Of a DNA stretch of 64,000 nt, positions 9,795 through 19,490 are shown piece by piece; positions within the stretch are counted from its first letter, which is position 1, and the number at the start of each line of letters is the position of its first letter. The notes below the pieces were generated by a model. The model ran no database searches. It was given only the letters and a program-made list of their open reading frames with translations, and was not told the origin of the DNA. Position numbers and translations under genes: made by a program. Source of the DNA: Candidatus Latescibacterota bacterium (GTDB taxonomy: Bacteria; Latescibacterota; UBA2968; UBA8231); the NCBI GenBank assembly GCA_965261395.1, contig OZ253462.1, positions 192,001 to 256,000 of the forward strand. Direction: 5' to 3'.

Positions 9795-10640
9795 TCACTC
9801 CGGCAACACACTCCGCGCCGGCACAAATCCCAACTCCGCTTTAATCCGCGCAATATCATACACCGGATCCCGCTCGTGCCCCGCCCGCTCATAATGCGCC
9901 ATGTCGATCTCCTCAGCATCCGCCCCATACCAAATCCGCATCAACTCCGGCACCGTACAGGCCACACAGGCCTGCGTTCCCACCGCGTTCAAAATCCGCA
10001 CCCCCGCCTTGTGCGCGCTCTCGGCCGCCAGCCGGAAGCACCGCACCGCATCGCTCAAATACATACACGAAATCGCCCCCATCCCCCACGGTCCCACCGG
10101 CCCCGGCTGCCGTGGCGCAGGCACCCTGTCCTCGGGCCAAATCGAAGCCAGCCTAATATTGATGAAGTCTAGGTCCTCCCGCTGCCGCGCCAGATAGCGG
10201 GTCGTCTCCTCCATCATGTATTTGGAAAAACCGTAGCCATCGCGGTCGAGACACGGATGCTCATCCGACATCGGCAGTTCAAGCGGCCGAAAATGCACCG
10301 ACTGCATCCCGACTGCCGCAATCGACGAGGCCAATGCGAATTTGCCGCAACCCCGATCGATCAGATAGCGCAACAAGCCGTAGGTCCCCATGACATTGGC
10401 CCGCATGAGATCCGCTTCGGCGCCCGCGCCCGTCACCGCCCCCAGATGGACCAGCGCGTCGAAGTCCCACCGGTCCAACTGGTGCAGATCCTCCACCCGC
10501 GAAAAGTCTCCAACCACCACCGCCACCCCCGCGACCTCCGTCGGCTGGCGCGACAGACAGACCACCTCGTGGTCCGCCGCCATATCCGCGGCCAACGCCC
10601 GGCCGATAAAACCGCTAGTCCCCGTAATCAATACGCGCAT
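9795..10640 (-). CDS. NAD-dependent epimerase/dehydratase (extended SDR)
   Basis: TGTSGFIG, ASS, YGFSK. Confidence 0.9.
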   Translation of the reverse strand: MRVLITGTSGFIGRALAADMAADHEVVCLSRQPTEVAGVAVVVGDFSRVEDLHQLDRWDFDALVHLGAVTGAGAEADLMRANVMGTYGLLRYLIDRGCGKFALASSIAAVGMQSVHFRPLELPMSDEHPCLDRDGYGFSKYMMEETTRYLARQREDLDFINIRLASIWPEDRVPAPRQPGPVGPWGMGAISCMYLSDAVRCFRLAAESAHKAGVRILNAVGTQACVACTVPELMRIWYGADAEEIDMAHYERAGHERDPVYDIARIKAELGFVPARSVLPE

Positions 10641-10641
10641 C

Positions 10642-12213
10642 TCAACCTCCCGGCGGGGCGATCCGCTCCCGCCCTAAGCCTTCGGGACGCACAAAATCCT
10701 TGTAGCGCACCAAAATTTCCGCCCCATTAATGCTGCGGGCAAAACCCGCGCGCGCCTCCAGTTTCTTCACCTCGATCTCCACCCGATTGGCCCCGCGCCT
10801 TATTTCCTCCGCTGCTATACGAAAACGGAACCAGTGCGCTGAAAAACCCAACGGGGCCTGCACCGCCATACTGCCGGCGAGCTGAACGGGAATGGTCAGC
10901 GCGCGCTCGTCGCTGATTTCGGCTTCGGCGCGAGGCAAGACCCGACCGTTAAAGCGCATCTCGATCTCGTCCTCAATGCAGAAAAAGGCAAAGCGCAGCG
11001 TCAAAATGGCCGGGCGCATCTCGCCATCGCGCCGGGCGCTCTCCACATCGTCGGCCACCCATATATCGAGCGCGACCGTCTCGCCCTCCAAGAGCTGTTC
11101 CGGCACTTGGCGCTCCGGCGTAGAAGTCTCCTCACCCAACACTCCCTCGCGCGGCTGTAACAAGTAGCGCTTGTCGCGCCGGGCGTGTACCTGCGGATAG
11201 GCCACCTCGCGCAGGATCTGGTACTCGCGCTCTGCAAAGGGCCAAGGCATATAGCCCAAATACATCCCGGCGTAGCCCTGCCAAGCGAGGGTCTGGCTAA
11301 GGGCGCGGTACATCTCAATGCTCGGCAACCCCACCCGCTCGTCGTAGATCCGCCGCGGCGGCCGGTAATACGCCGCACCGCCAGCATTCTCGGCCACTTC
11401 GGCCAACCACGGCGCCTGAATGCCTGGATCAACCAGCGCGTTCTCGTCCTGGCCGACGACCCAGTCGAGGCTGCCGGCCCGCAGCCAAGCCGCCACATCC
11501 AGCCCCACCGCGAGGTTGTCTTCCTCGTGTAGATGCACCCGCGCCATCAGCGGAATTTGGCGGCCCTGCCGCGCGCCGATTTCCTCGGCCAACGCCCGCA
11601 CCTTGGCCACGAACCCATTCATCAGCGGGATATTATTTTCGACATCGTCCTGCTTGAAATAGAAGTTGTCAAAGCAAAAATCCAGTTCCAGCCCATCGGC
11701 CCGGTAGCCTTCCAGCACCTCGCCGATGATGGCTAGCCTGTCCTCCTGCACGGCCTCTTGCGCGTAGTCGTAACACCACTCGGCCCGGCCGGCGTCACCA
11801 ATGCACACCGCGGCCCCGCACTGTTCCTTGAGCCGCCCCGAGCGCTCGCCTCCCGGGCGGGCAGAGTCCTGTAGCTTTAGGCTGGGAAAGACCTGCAACC
11901 CCGTCTCCCGGCCGCGCTCAATGACGGCCCGCAGTTGGTCGGTGCCCAGCTCCTTGGCCACCTCGACCATCCGCATGATCCGCCAGTCGATGTAGTTTTC
12001 CCACACTTCTTTTTCCTGCCCCACCACGCGGGCGACCTCACTCTGGTGAAAGAAGACGTCGCTATAACCCAATCCCAAAACCAGCAGATCCACGCCCGTG
12101 CCCAGCACCTCATCTACCGGCCAGTGCAGAAGGTGGCGGCTGGCCGGTGGTTCGAGTCGCTTGGCGTGAAAGTGGTGTGCGTCGTTGTAATGGATCAAAC
12201 GAGGGCGGTCCAT
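10642..12213 (-). CDS. Hypothetical protein, putative glycoside-hydrolase-like TIM barrel plus C-terminal beta-sandwich
   Basis: LIHYNDA, YDYAQEAV, Y-x-x-DGLELDF, GLDVAAW; C-terminal RRGANRVEIEV; long ORF with typical codon usage. Confidence 0.65.
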   Translation of the reverse strand: MDRPRLIHYNDAHHFHAKRLEPPASRHLLHWPVDEVLGTGVDLLVLGLGYSDVFFHQSEVARVVGQEKEVWENYIDWRIMRMVEVAKELGTDQLRAVIERGRETGLQVFPSLKLQDSARPGGERSGRLKEQCGAAVCIGDAGRAEWCYDYAQEAVQEDRLAIIGEVLEGYRADGLELDFCFDNFYFKQDDVENNIPLMNGFVAKVRALAEEIGARQGRQIPLMARVHLHEEDNLAVGLDVAAWLRAGSLDWVVGQDENALVDPGIQAPWLAEVAENAGGAAYYRPPRRIYDERVGLPSIEMYRALSQTLAWQGYAGMYLGYMPWPFAEREYQILREVAYPQVHARRDKRYLLQPREGVLGEETSTPERQVPEQLLEGETVALDIWVADDVESARRDGEMRPAILTLRFAFFCIEDEIEMRFNGRVLPRAEAEISDERALTIPVQLAGSMAVQAPLGFSAHWFRFRIAAEEIRRGANRVEIEVKKLEARAGFARSINGAEILVRYKDFVRPEGLGRERIAPPGG

Positions 12214-12264
12214 GGTTAAGCTCCTATTTCGCAGTGCAGTGCCATCATAGTGGTTGCGTACACC

Positions 12265-13380
12265 TTAGTCCTTCTTATGGGACAAAACCTGATCCATGTA
12301 CTTTTCGCGGCCAAAGATCGGCTTCTTGTTGTACATCCGCGAGGGGTTGGGAATGAGGCGCAGGCTGCGGTCGGCCAGCGGCAGCGCCACGGGCGCACAG
12401 CCCCGCCGGTGCGACTCGCGCACCGCAATGGCCATTTCGAGGACCTTGACGCCGTTCTCGCCGCTGCCGGGCGGGTCCTCGCCCCGCTCCAGTGCGTCGA
12501 TAATGGCCTTGCAGCTAGCCACGTTGCGGTCCCCGGGCCAGCGCCAGCCCTCGGCGTCGTACCCGCGCGTTGCGCCATAGATCGGCCCTTCCGGCAAGAC
12601 GCCCTCGATCTTTTCCAACTTCTCCCAGCTCGCCCCATCGCCTTCGACATACCGGTACAAGCCTACGAGATTGTCGTCTGAATAGAAGATCCCATCCTCA
12701 CAGGCTACCTCGTAGCCGCGACCGCGTGCATCCTTATCCCGGTAGGTAAACGCCTCGACCCCATTGGTGAAGCGCACGTATCCGGCTCCGCCTTGGTCGT
12801 GGTCGCTCAGGGGATCGTCGCTGACCCAACCCGACACCCACGCCACCTCAGCGCACCCAGCGAAGTGGCGCATCAGCGTAAAGCGCTGGCAGCCACCACC
12901 CGACATCTCCGTGCCCGACCCGCCGAGCAACGTGATGCGCTTGACCGCCCCCAGTTCGCCCGCGCCAATGAATTCCAGGGCCTTTTGATAAGCCGGCAGA
13001 TTGACGTCCAAGTCGCCCGCGCCAAAGGAGATGCGCCGGCGCTTGCACTCGGCGACCATGCGGTCGGCCTCTGCGAGTGAGGCCGCGATCGGCTTTTCGC
13101 AGAGAATGGCCTTAACCCCGGCTTGAGCGCAGGCGATGACGACCTCCGGGTTGACGCTGACCGGCAAAATCGGCGCGGCAATGTCGAGCGCCTCTTTTTC
13201 TAGCATCTGTCGATAATCGGCATAGCCGGGCACGCCCGTGCGTTTTTGGAACAACGCCAAATTCTCCGGGTCTCCATCTGCCACGGCTACCAACTCAGTG
13301 CGCTCGTCGAGCATATAGGCGCGCGCGTGCTGCGTGCCTTTGCGCCCGGCCCCGATCAACCCCACGCGATATTTAGCCAT
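12265..13380 (-). CDS. Gfo/Idh/MocA family oxidoreductase
   Basis: GLIGAGRKG, ILCEKP; RBS AGGAGG upstream of ATG 13380. Confidence 0.9.
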   Translation of the reverse strand: MAKYRVGLIGAGRKGTQHARAYMLDERTELVAVADGDPENLALFQKRTGVPGYADYRQMLEKEALDIAAPILPVSVNPEVVIACAQAGVKAILCEKPIAASLAEADRMVAECKRRRISFGAGDLDVNLPAYQKALEFIGAGELGAVKRITLLGGSGTEMSGGGCQRFTLMRHFAGCAEVAWVSGWVSDDPLSDHDQGGAGYVRFTNGVEAFTYRDKDARGRGYEVACEDGIFYSDDNLVGLYRYVEGDGASWEKLEKIEGVLPEGPIYGATRGYDAEGWRWPGDRNVASCKAIIDALERGEDPPGSGENGVKVLEMAIAVRESHRRGCAPVALPLADRSLRLIPNPSRMYNKKPIFGREKYMDQVLSHKKD

Positions 13381-13458
13381 CTCGAAACCCTCCTTATTAT
13401 GTATAGCAACCCTGAATAACTTGAACAATTCAAGATACGGACGTCTTGTGAATACTAT

Positions 13459-13485
13459 TCTGCGTCCATCTGCGTCCATCTGCGG
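13459..13485. repeat. Short tandem repeat (TCTGCGTCCA)x2 plus partial copy
   Basis: tctgcgtcca tctgcgtcca tctgcgg in the intergenic region. Confidence 0.7.
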
Positions 13486-13491
13486 ATCTCG

Positions 13492-14655
13492 TCAGCCACT
13501 CCGACCCGCCCGCACCCACAACAACCCTAGCGTCACCGCCGCCATCACCAAAAAGGGCACCGCCAAGTGATTGAGCCGGTCCCAACCCAACATCCCCTCC
13601 AAAGGCGCCGCTCCGAAACTGGTCAACACCATCAGGCCAAAGACCAGAAAGTCATTGCAGGACTGCACCCGCGCCTTTTCCTCGGGCCGGTGCGTCGTCG
13701 CCAAAAGCGAAGTGGACCCTACGAAAAGAAAATTCCACCCCACGCCCAATAGCGCCAACCCGGTCGTGTAGTGATAGAGCCCGATACCGCTCAAATTGAC
13801 CGCAATGGAGCACCCAAGTAATGCGATGCCAGTGAACATGATCCGGTGCTCGCCCCAACGCAAGATCAGGTGCCCGGTAAAAAAAGACGGCACGAACATG
13901 CCCAGCACATGCCACTGAATCACCCAAGCCGTATCGGCGAAGGAATGCAAATGCCGTTTCATCGCCAGCGGCGTGGCATTCATCAACAGCGACATCAGCC
14001 CCCAAGCAGCCACCGCCCCAACCACCGCCAGCGCGAAATCCGACTGCCGGGCGATCTCCCTGAGCGAACGCCCGCCCGCCCGTTGCTCCTCGGCGCTAGG
14101 CGCGGGAAAGGAGACAAAGCAGAGCACCAGCAAAACCAGCGCATGAACAACGGCAATCCCCAAAAAAGAGCCAGCGAATAGATAGTCGGAAAACCACTCC
14201 CGCGACCACGCCGCCAGATTGGAGCCTGATACCGCGGCAACGACGCCCCCGGCCATCACCAGCGAAATGGCGCGACTGCGAAAATCCTCGGCCACAACCT
14301 CGCCGGCGGCAAAGCGATAATAGGTGGCAAAGCCATTGACCGCACCAATGCCCAAGCCACCCAAACAAAGCAGCGCGAAATTGCCCTGGTACACAGCCAG
14401 ACACCCCACCGCGCCCCCGACGACGCCCAACGCGGCACCCAGCGCGAAACCCAGCTTGCGGCCCCGCCGCTGCATTAGCTGCGCTGCGGGCACCGTCATC
14501 AGCATCGTGGCTACCGGTGCCAGTGCCAGCGGCAGAGTCGCCAGCGCGGGATTTGGCGTCAACCGCTGGCCGACGAGCGCCATGCTCGACAGCATGACGA
14601 TACTGGCGGTGCGCGAGAGAGCCTCGCACAAAAAGAGCAGCGAAAGATTTTTCAA
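13492..14655 (-). CDS. MFS transporter
   Basis: About 12 hydrophobic segments; YRFAAGE, IQWHVLGMFVPSFFTG, GVGWNFLFVG. Confidence 0.9.
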   Translation of the reverse strand: MKNLSLLFLCEALSRTASIVMLSSMALVGQRLTPNPALATLPLALAPVATMLMTVPAAQLMQRRGRKLGFALGAALGVVGGAVGCLAVYQGNFALLCLGGLGIGAVNGFATYYRFAAGEVVAEDFRSRAISLVMAGGVVAAVSGSNLAAWSREWFSDYLFAGSFLGIAVVHALVLLVLCFVSFPAPSAEEQRAGGRSLREIARQSDFALAVVGAVAAWGLMSLLMNATPLAMKRHLHSFADTAWVIQWHVLGMFVPSFFTGHLILRWGEHRIMFTGIALLGCSIAVNLSGIGLYHYTTGLALLGVGWNFLFVGSTSLLATTHRPEEKARVQSCNDFLVFGLMVLTSFGAAPLEGMLGWDRLNHLAVPFLVMAAVTLGLLWVRAGRSG

Positions 14656-14688
14656 ATTAGCCCGGCCAGTCGGCCCCGCCGTTTATTA

Positions 14689-15747
14689 TTATTTTTCTCG
14701 CCGCGTCCCCACCGCCGCCGCCAACTCCTCCAACACCTCCACCGTATCCTCCCACCCAATACAGGCATCCGTAATGCTCTGCCCGTAAACCAACTCACTA
14801 CCCGCCTGCTGTTTCTGATTACCTTCGACCAAGTGGCTCTCCAACATCACCCCAAAAATATCCTGTGCCCCCCCCGCCACCTGTGCGGCAACCGCGCGTA
14901 CAACCGCCGGCTGGCGCTTGTGATCCTTGGCGCTGTTGCCATGGCTACAATCGATCATGATGCGATGCGGCAAGTTCGCTTTCTTGAGCTGGGCCACGGC
15001 CGCATCGACGCTGGCGTGATCGTAGTTGGTGCCGTCGCTGCCGCCGCGCAAAATCAAATGACAGCTCGCATTGCCCGCAGTCCCGACAATCGCCGCAATG
15101 CCCTGCTTGGTCACCGAGAGAAAGTGATGCGGGTGCCGGGCGGCACCGATGGCGTCGAGGGCGATCTGCACATGGCCTGCGGTCCCGTTCTTGAACCCAA
15201 CGGGCATCGACAGGCCCGAAGCCAATTCGCGGTGAACCTGACTTTCGGTAGTACGAGCACCAATGGCACCCCAGGAAATCAGGTCGGCGATAAATTGCGG
15301 CGTGATGGTATCGAGGAATTCGGAACCGGCCGGCAAGCCCATATCCCCCAACTGCACCAGCAAGCCGCGCGCAGCGCGCAAGCCGCTGTTGATGGCAAAG
15401 CTGTCGTCCAAGTGCGGGTCGTTGATCAACCCCTTCCAGCCGACGGTCGTGCGCGGCTTCTCGAAGTACACGCGCATCACCACGTACAATTCGTCGCTTA
15501 GAGCCGCAGCCTTTTTCTTGAGCCGTTCCGCGTATTCGAGCGCGGCTTGAGGGTCGTGGATCGAACACGGCCCGACCACCACCACCAACCGGTCGTCCTC
15601 TCCGGCTAGTATGGCGTCCAATGTGCGCCGAGCCGCGGCCACGGTGTGGGAGGCCGCTTCTGAAATGGGCAACTCTTCCATCAGAATCGCCGGCGGGATC
15701 AGCGGTTTGAGTTGGGCAATGCGCAGATCGTCAGTTGATTCGAACAA
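14689..15747 (-). CDS. aroG: 3-deoxy-7-phosphoheptulonate (DAHP) synthase, class I alpha
   Basis: GPCSIHD, RVYFEKPRTTVGWKG, IGARTTESQVHRELASGLS, DCSHGNS, YGQSITDAC; feedback isoform (aroG/F/H) not determinable. Confidence 0.93.
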   Translation of the reverse strand: MFESTDDLRIAQLKPLIPPAILMEELPISEAASHTVAAARRTLDAILAGEDDRLVVVVGPCSIHDPQAALEYAERLKKKAAALSDELYVVMRVYFEKPRTTVGWKGLINDPHLDDSFAINSGLRAARGLLVQLGDMGLPAGSEFLDTITPQFIADLISWGAIGARTTESQVHRELASGLSMPVGFKNGTAGHVQIALDAIGAARHPHHFLSVTKQGIAAIVGTAGNASCHLILRGGSDGTNYDHASVDAAVAQLKKANLPHRIMIDCSHGNSAKDHKRQPAVVRAVAAQVAGGAQDIFGVMLESHLVEGNQKQQAGSELVYGQSITDACIGWEDTVEVLEELAAAVGTRREK

Positions 15748-15804
15748 GTCTTTCTACTCCTTTAGTAGCAGTTATAAATTCTTATCGTCTAAACACTATT
15801 CACC

Positions 15805-17028
15805 CTAACCACCCGGCACCCAACCCAAGGCCGCAAAGTTCTTGCCGGTGAGACTCCGCATAAAGCGCGCCCGCTCGCGCGCTTCCCGTAGCTCCTCGCG
15901 CAGGTCCTCCGGCCGATAGACGCGGCCCTGCCGCACGGTCAATACCGGCTCGATTTTGCGATCGCCCTGCTCGCGCCGGCCGCGCACATCCTCGAACTCG
16001 AACGTCCCCTCCAGCACCTCAAACGCCGCCAGATCCGCCACCGTACCCTTCCGCAAAGTCCCCAACTCCTCGCCACGCCCGATGGCGTCGGCCGCCGCGG
16101 CCGTGCTCTGCTGCACGACGCGCTCAAGCGGCACGCCGAGGTTGAGCAACTTCGACGCGGTCTCCGGCATACTCTCGATCGGGCTATCCCAACTATGCGC
16201 GTGCAAATCCGTGCTGATCACATCGGCGACAAAGCCACCGGCCAGCGCCTGTATTGCGATCCCGTAGTCGAAACTGCCGCCGCCGTGCCCCACGTCGAAC
16301 AGCACGCCCCGCTCCCGCGCCTCCCACACCTGCGGCACCACTGTCCCCGAGTCGTCAACCACGCAGTCTCCCGTGCCTTGATAACAATGGGTCACTACAT
16401 CGCCGGGCCGTAGCAAGGCAAGCACCTCCACAATCGGCACCCCCCGAGCGATGTGTACCATCACCGGCACCCCCGCCCACTCGGCCGCTTGTACCGCCAA
16501 CTGCAAGGGTTTGGTCCCATTCTCGCCAACTTGGAAACCGCCCTGCCGCACCTTGACGCCGGCGCAGTGCTCCTGCCAGTGATGGGCTACAAACGCCGTG
16601 CGCTCTGGATCGCCGTACTGCAAATCGATCATCTCCCCCACTGGCCCACAGGTCAAGCCAATCGCCGAAATGTGCACGTACCCCAAAACCTCGGTTCGCG
16701 CCGGCTCGATCACGTAATCGACAAATCCCTCGAAGTTCGCCCACCCCGCGCTTCCAGCATCGACGATTGTCGTCACGCCCGTGGCCAAGCACAGCGCATC
16801 GCCGCGGATGCCCCAAGTCGTGCATCCCGCGTAGAGATGCGCGTGAATATCGATCCAACCCGGTGTCAGAATCTTGCCGGACAGATCTATCGTCTCCGCG
16901 GCCGGAGCCGTTATCGTCTCGGCCACTGCGGCGATCTTCTCTCCGACGATCCCCACATCGCGGATCCCGTCCACGCCCTGCGCTGGGTCCATCACCCGCG
17001 CACCCTTTAACAACAGATCGTAGGACAT
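15805..17028 (-). CDS. Amidohydrolase/deacetylase, dihydroorotase-like metallohydrolase
   Basis: PGWIDIHAH, DAGSAG, GVKVR, MVHI, THCY, DVGHGGGSF, ISTDLH. Confidence 0.88.
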   Translation of the reverse strand: MSYDLLLKGARVMDPAQGVDGIRDVGIVGEKIAAVAETITAPAAETIDLSGKILTPGWIDIHAHLYAGCTTWGIRGDALCLATGVTTIVDAGSAGWANFEGFVDYVIEPARTEVLGYVHISAIGLTCGPVGEMIDLQYGDPERTAFVAHHWQEHCAGVKVRQGGFQVGENGTKPLQLAVQAAEWAGVPVMVHIARGVPIVEVLALLRPGDVVTHCYQGTGDCVVDDSGTVVPQVWEARERGVLFDVGHGGGSFDYGIAIQALAGGFVADVISTDLHAHSWDSPIESMPETASKLLNLGVPLERVVQQSTAAAADAIGRGEELGTLRKGTVADLAAFEVLEGTFEFEDVRGRREQGDRKIEPVLTVRQGRVYRPEDLREELREARERARFMRSLTGKNFAALGWVPGG

Positions 17029-17070
17029 TTCCCGTCCCTCCATTATCCTATTAAAAACCTCTGCGGCTTC

Positions 17071-17102
17071 TTGACACGACCAAGCCCAACCCCGTATATA
17101 AT
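17071..17102 (+). promoter_or_regulatory. Putative sigma70 promoter of the Ldh_2 operon
   Basis: TTGACA (17071-17076) then 18 bp to TATATA/TATAAT, about 30 bp upstream of ATG 17133. Confidence 0.45.
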
Positions 17103-17132
17103 TCGCTTTTTTACTCCAACCAGAGAGCCATC

Positions 17133-18131
17133 ATGGGAAACACTCCACCTGCCGCAGGCATCCGCATTCCAGCCGCTGCCTTGCGCGAACTCACCGCCGA
17201 CTTTTTCCAAAAAGCTGGCACTAATCCCACAGATGCCCAGCTTCTCGCCGACCTCTTGACGGCCACCGACCTGCGCGGCGTCAATAGTCATGGTACCTGG
17301 CAACTCCCCGGGTACGTGCATATGATGCTCGAAGGCCGCGTCAATCCCGGCCCTAATATAAAGGTGACCAGTTCAACCACCACTGCCCGCGTCTATGACG
17401 GCGATGGCGGCATGGGGCACTTTCCCTGCTACCAAGCCATGACTTGGGTAGCTGAGACGGCCGCGGCGTACGGCACGGCGGCGGCGACCACCCGCAACCA
17501 CTTCCACTTTGGCAGCGCCGGCAAGTACTCGCGGATAGCCGCGGCGGCCGGCTGCGTGGGGATTGCCATCTCCTCGCACCGCTACGATCTGTCGCCGGAC
17601 TCGCTAGTCAAAGGCGTCAACGCCACTTCGCCGATCAGCGTCGCCTTCCCCAACGGGGAGCAACCGCCCCTCGTGCTCGACATGGGCGCGCACATGCTGC
17701 CCTGGGGCGAGGAACTCTTCGCGCAAATCCCCTTCGCCTTCTTCAAGGAGCTGGGCATCGGCGCGGTAAACCGGGCGCTGGGTGGCGTGCTGGCCGGGAT
17801 TTACTTGCCGCAATTTATCCCGCCGACATCGCCTTGGGAATCCAACCAAGGGTCCTTCCTCGCGGCCTTTGACGTGCGCGGGTTTATGCCTTTAGAAGAA
17901 TTCCAAGCGCAGATGGACGCGTTCGTCGCCGCCGCGCGCAACATGCGGCCCTTCCCCGGCCTCGACCGCGCCGAGCTGCCCGGCAATCTGGAGTGGCAAC
18001 GGCAGCACGAGTACGCCCGCGACGGCGTGCCCATCAGTCCCCAACACCAGCAGCACCTTCAGAAACTAGCCGACGAGTTGGGAGTGACCACTCCCTTCGC
18101 CGCCTACGAATACACCCGCTTTACTGCCTAA
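17133..18131 (+). CDS. Ldh_2 family (type 2 malate/L-lactate dehydrogenase-like) oxidoreductase
   Basis: DLRGVNSHG, DGDGGMGH, NHFHFG, LVLDM, LPG motifs. Confidence 0.85.
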   Translation: MGNTPPAAGIRIPAAALRELTADFFQKAGTNPTDAQLLADLLTATDLRGVNSHGTWQLPGYVHMMLEGRVNPGPNIKVTSSTTTARVYDGDGGMGHFPCYQAMTWVAETAAAYGTAAATTRNHFHFGSAGKYSRIAAAAGCVGIAISSHRYDLSPDSLVKGVNATSPISVAFPNGEQPPLVLDMGAHMLPWGEELFAQIPFAFFKELGIGAVNRALGGVLAGIYLPQFIPPTSPWESNQGSFLAAFDVRGFMPLEEFQAQMDAFVAAARNMRPFPGLDRAELPGNLEWQRQHEYARDGVPISPQHQQHLQKLADELGVTTPFAAYEYTRFTA

Positions 18132-18148
18132 TAGAAGAAGAGGAAGAG

Positions 18149-19147
18149 ATGACTCAACCCCGCATCCTGTCCAGCGTCGAGATCGAGTTTCAAGGCCAAA
18201 GCCAAGCCCGCGAGCTTATTGAACGCGCCGGCTTCGCCATTGAGGTCCGCCATCCCCAACCCGGCTGGCTCGACGAGGAGACGCGCGCGAAGCTGGACGG
18301 CGTCGACTCCCTGCTGGCCGGCGGCGAAAACCTCAACGCCGACACCATGGACCAAGCAGCACAGCTCAAAATCATCGCCCGCAACGGCGTCGGCTTCGAC
18401 AAGGTGGACCTCGATTACTGCACCCAGCGCGGCATCGTCGTCACCAATACCCCCGGTGCCATGGCCGACGCCGTGGCCGACCTAACCTTCGCCCTGCTCC
18501 TCGGGATGGTGCGCTCGCTCAGGTTAGGCGACCACCGGGTCAAATCGGCAGACACCTACGACGTTCCCGTCGGTGAAGACCTCTGCGCCATGACCTTGGG
18601 GCTGGTCGGCTGTGGCCGCATCGGTGTCGAAGTCGTGCGCCGCGCCCGCGGCTTCAAGATGCGAGTTCTCGTCCACGACCCCTATATCGACGACGCGCAA
18701 ATCCGCGCCCTCGGTGCCGAGCCTGCCGACCGCGCCACCCTGCTGTCCCAAGCCGACGCCGTTACCTTGCACCTGCCGCTGACCGAAGAAAACCACCAAC
18801 TCGTCAATGCCGAATTCCTCAGCCTTATGAAAGAGGGAGCTTACCTGATTAACACTGCTCGCGGCGGTCTGGTTGATGAGGCGGCCCTGATCGCCGCGCT
18901 CGACAGCGGCCACCTAGGCGGTGCCGGCCTCGACTGCCAAGCCACCGAACCGCCGCAAGGCCAATCCCTCGAACTAGTCCGCCGCGACAAGGTGCTAGCC
19001 CTGCCCCACACCGGCTCCAGGACCCTAAGCGCCCGCAAGCGCATGGCCCTCGTCGCCGCGCAGTGCATCGTCGCGCTATTGCAGGGCAGAGTCCCCGATC
19101 ACGTGGTCAACAAAGAAGTGCTGGATAGGTTGGATTTGGCGGGGTAG
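18149..19147 (+). CDS. D-isomer-specific 2-hydroxyacid dehydrogenase (SerA-like)
   Basis: ARNGVGFDKVD, TNTPG, GCGRIG, INTARGGLVDE, LPHTGS. Confidence 0.9.
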   Translation: MTQPRILSSVEIEFQGQSQARELIERAGFAIEVRHPQPGWLDEETRAKLDGVDSLLAGGENLNADTMDQAAQLKIIARNGVGFDKVDLDYCTQRGIVVTNTPGAMADAVADLTFALLLGMVRSLRLGDHRVKSADTYDVPVGEDLCAMTLGLVGCGRIGVEVVRRARGFKMRVLVHDPYIDDAQIRALGAEPADRATLLSQADAVTLHLPLTEENHQLVNAEFLSLMKEGAYLINTARGGLVDEAALIAALDSGHLGGAGLDCQATEPPQGQSLELVRRDKVLALPHTGSRTLSARKRMALVAAQCIVALLQGRVPDHVVNKEVLDRLDLAG

Positions 19148-19188
19148 TAGGGAATGACGCGGAAGTAAACCAAAAACGGCTGAGAAAG

Positions 19189-19473
19189 ATGATCTGCTCA
19201 ACCTTAGATCAGTATCTGAACGAAGACCGTGTACCGGCAAAGGCGGTCCACGATGAAGCCAGAGAACGCCACGGTGAGTACTATCTAAGCACCGGTTATT
19301 ACCTCCGTCTGTATCGCCAGCGTGCGGAACTGACTCAAGCAGCACTTGCCAAGCGGAGCGGCATCCGTCAACACCATCTATCCGAAATGGAAAACAATAA
19401 ACGGATGTTGGGAAAAGTGAACGCCAAGAAGTTGGCGGAGATACTGGCCTGCGATTACCGAAAACTGCTCTAG
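19189..19473 (+). CDS. XRE-family HTH protein (antitoxin-like), possibly 5'-truncated
   Basis: LRLYRQRAELTQAALA...HLSEMENNKR HTH_3 pattern; frame stays open upstream of the ATG. Confidence 0.7.
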   Translation: MICSTLDQYLNEDRVPAKAVHDEARERHGEYYLSTGYYLRLYRQRAELTQAALAKRSGIRQHHLSEMENNKRMLGKVNAKKLAEILACDYRKLL

Positions 19474-19490
19474 CGTCCGACTCGATTAGG

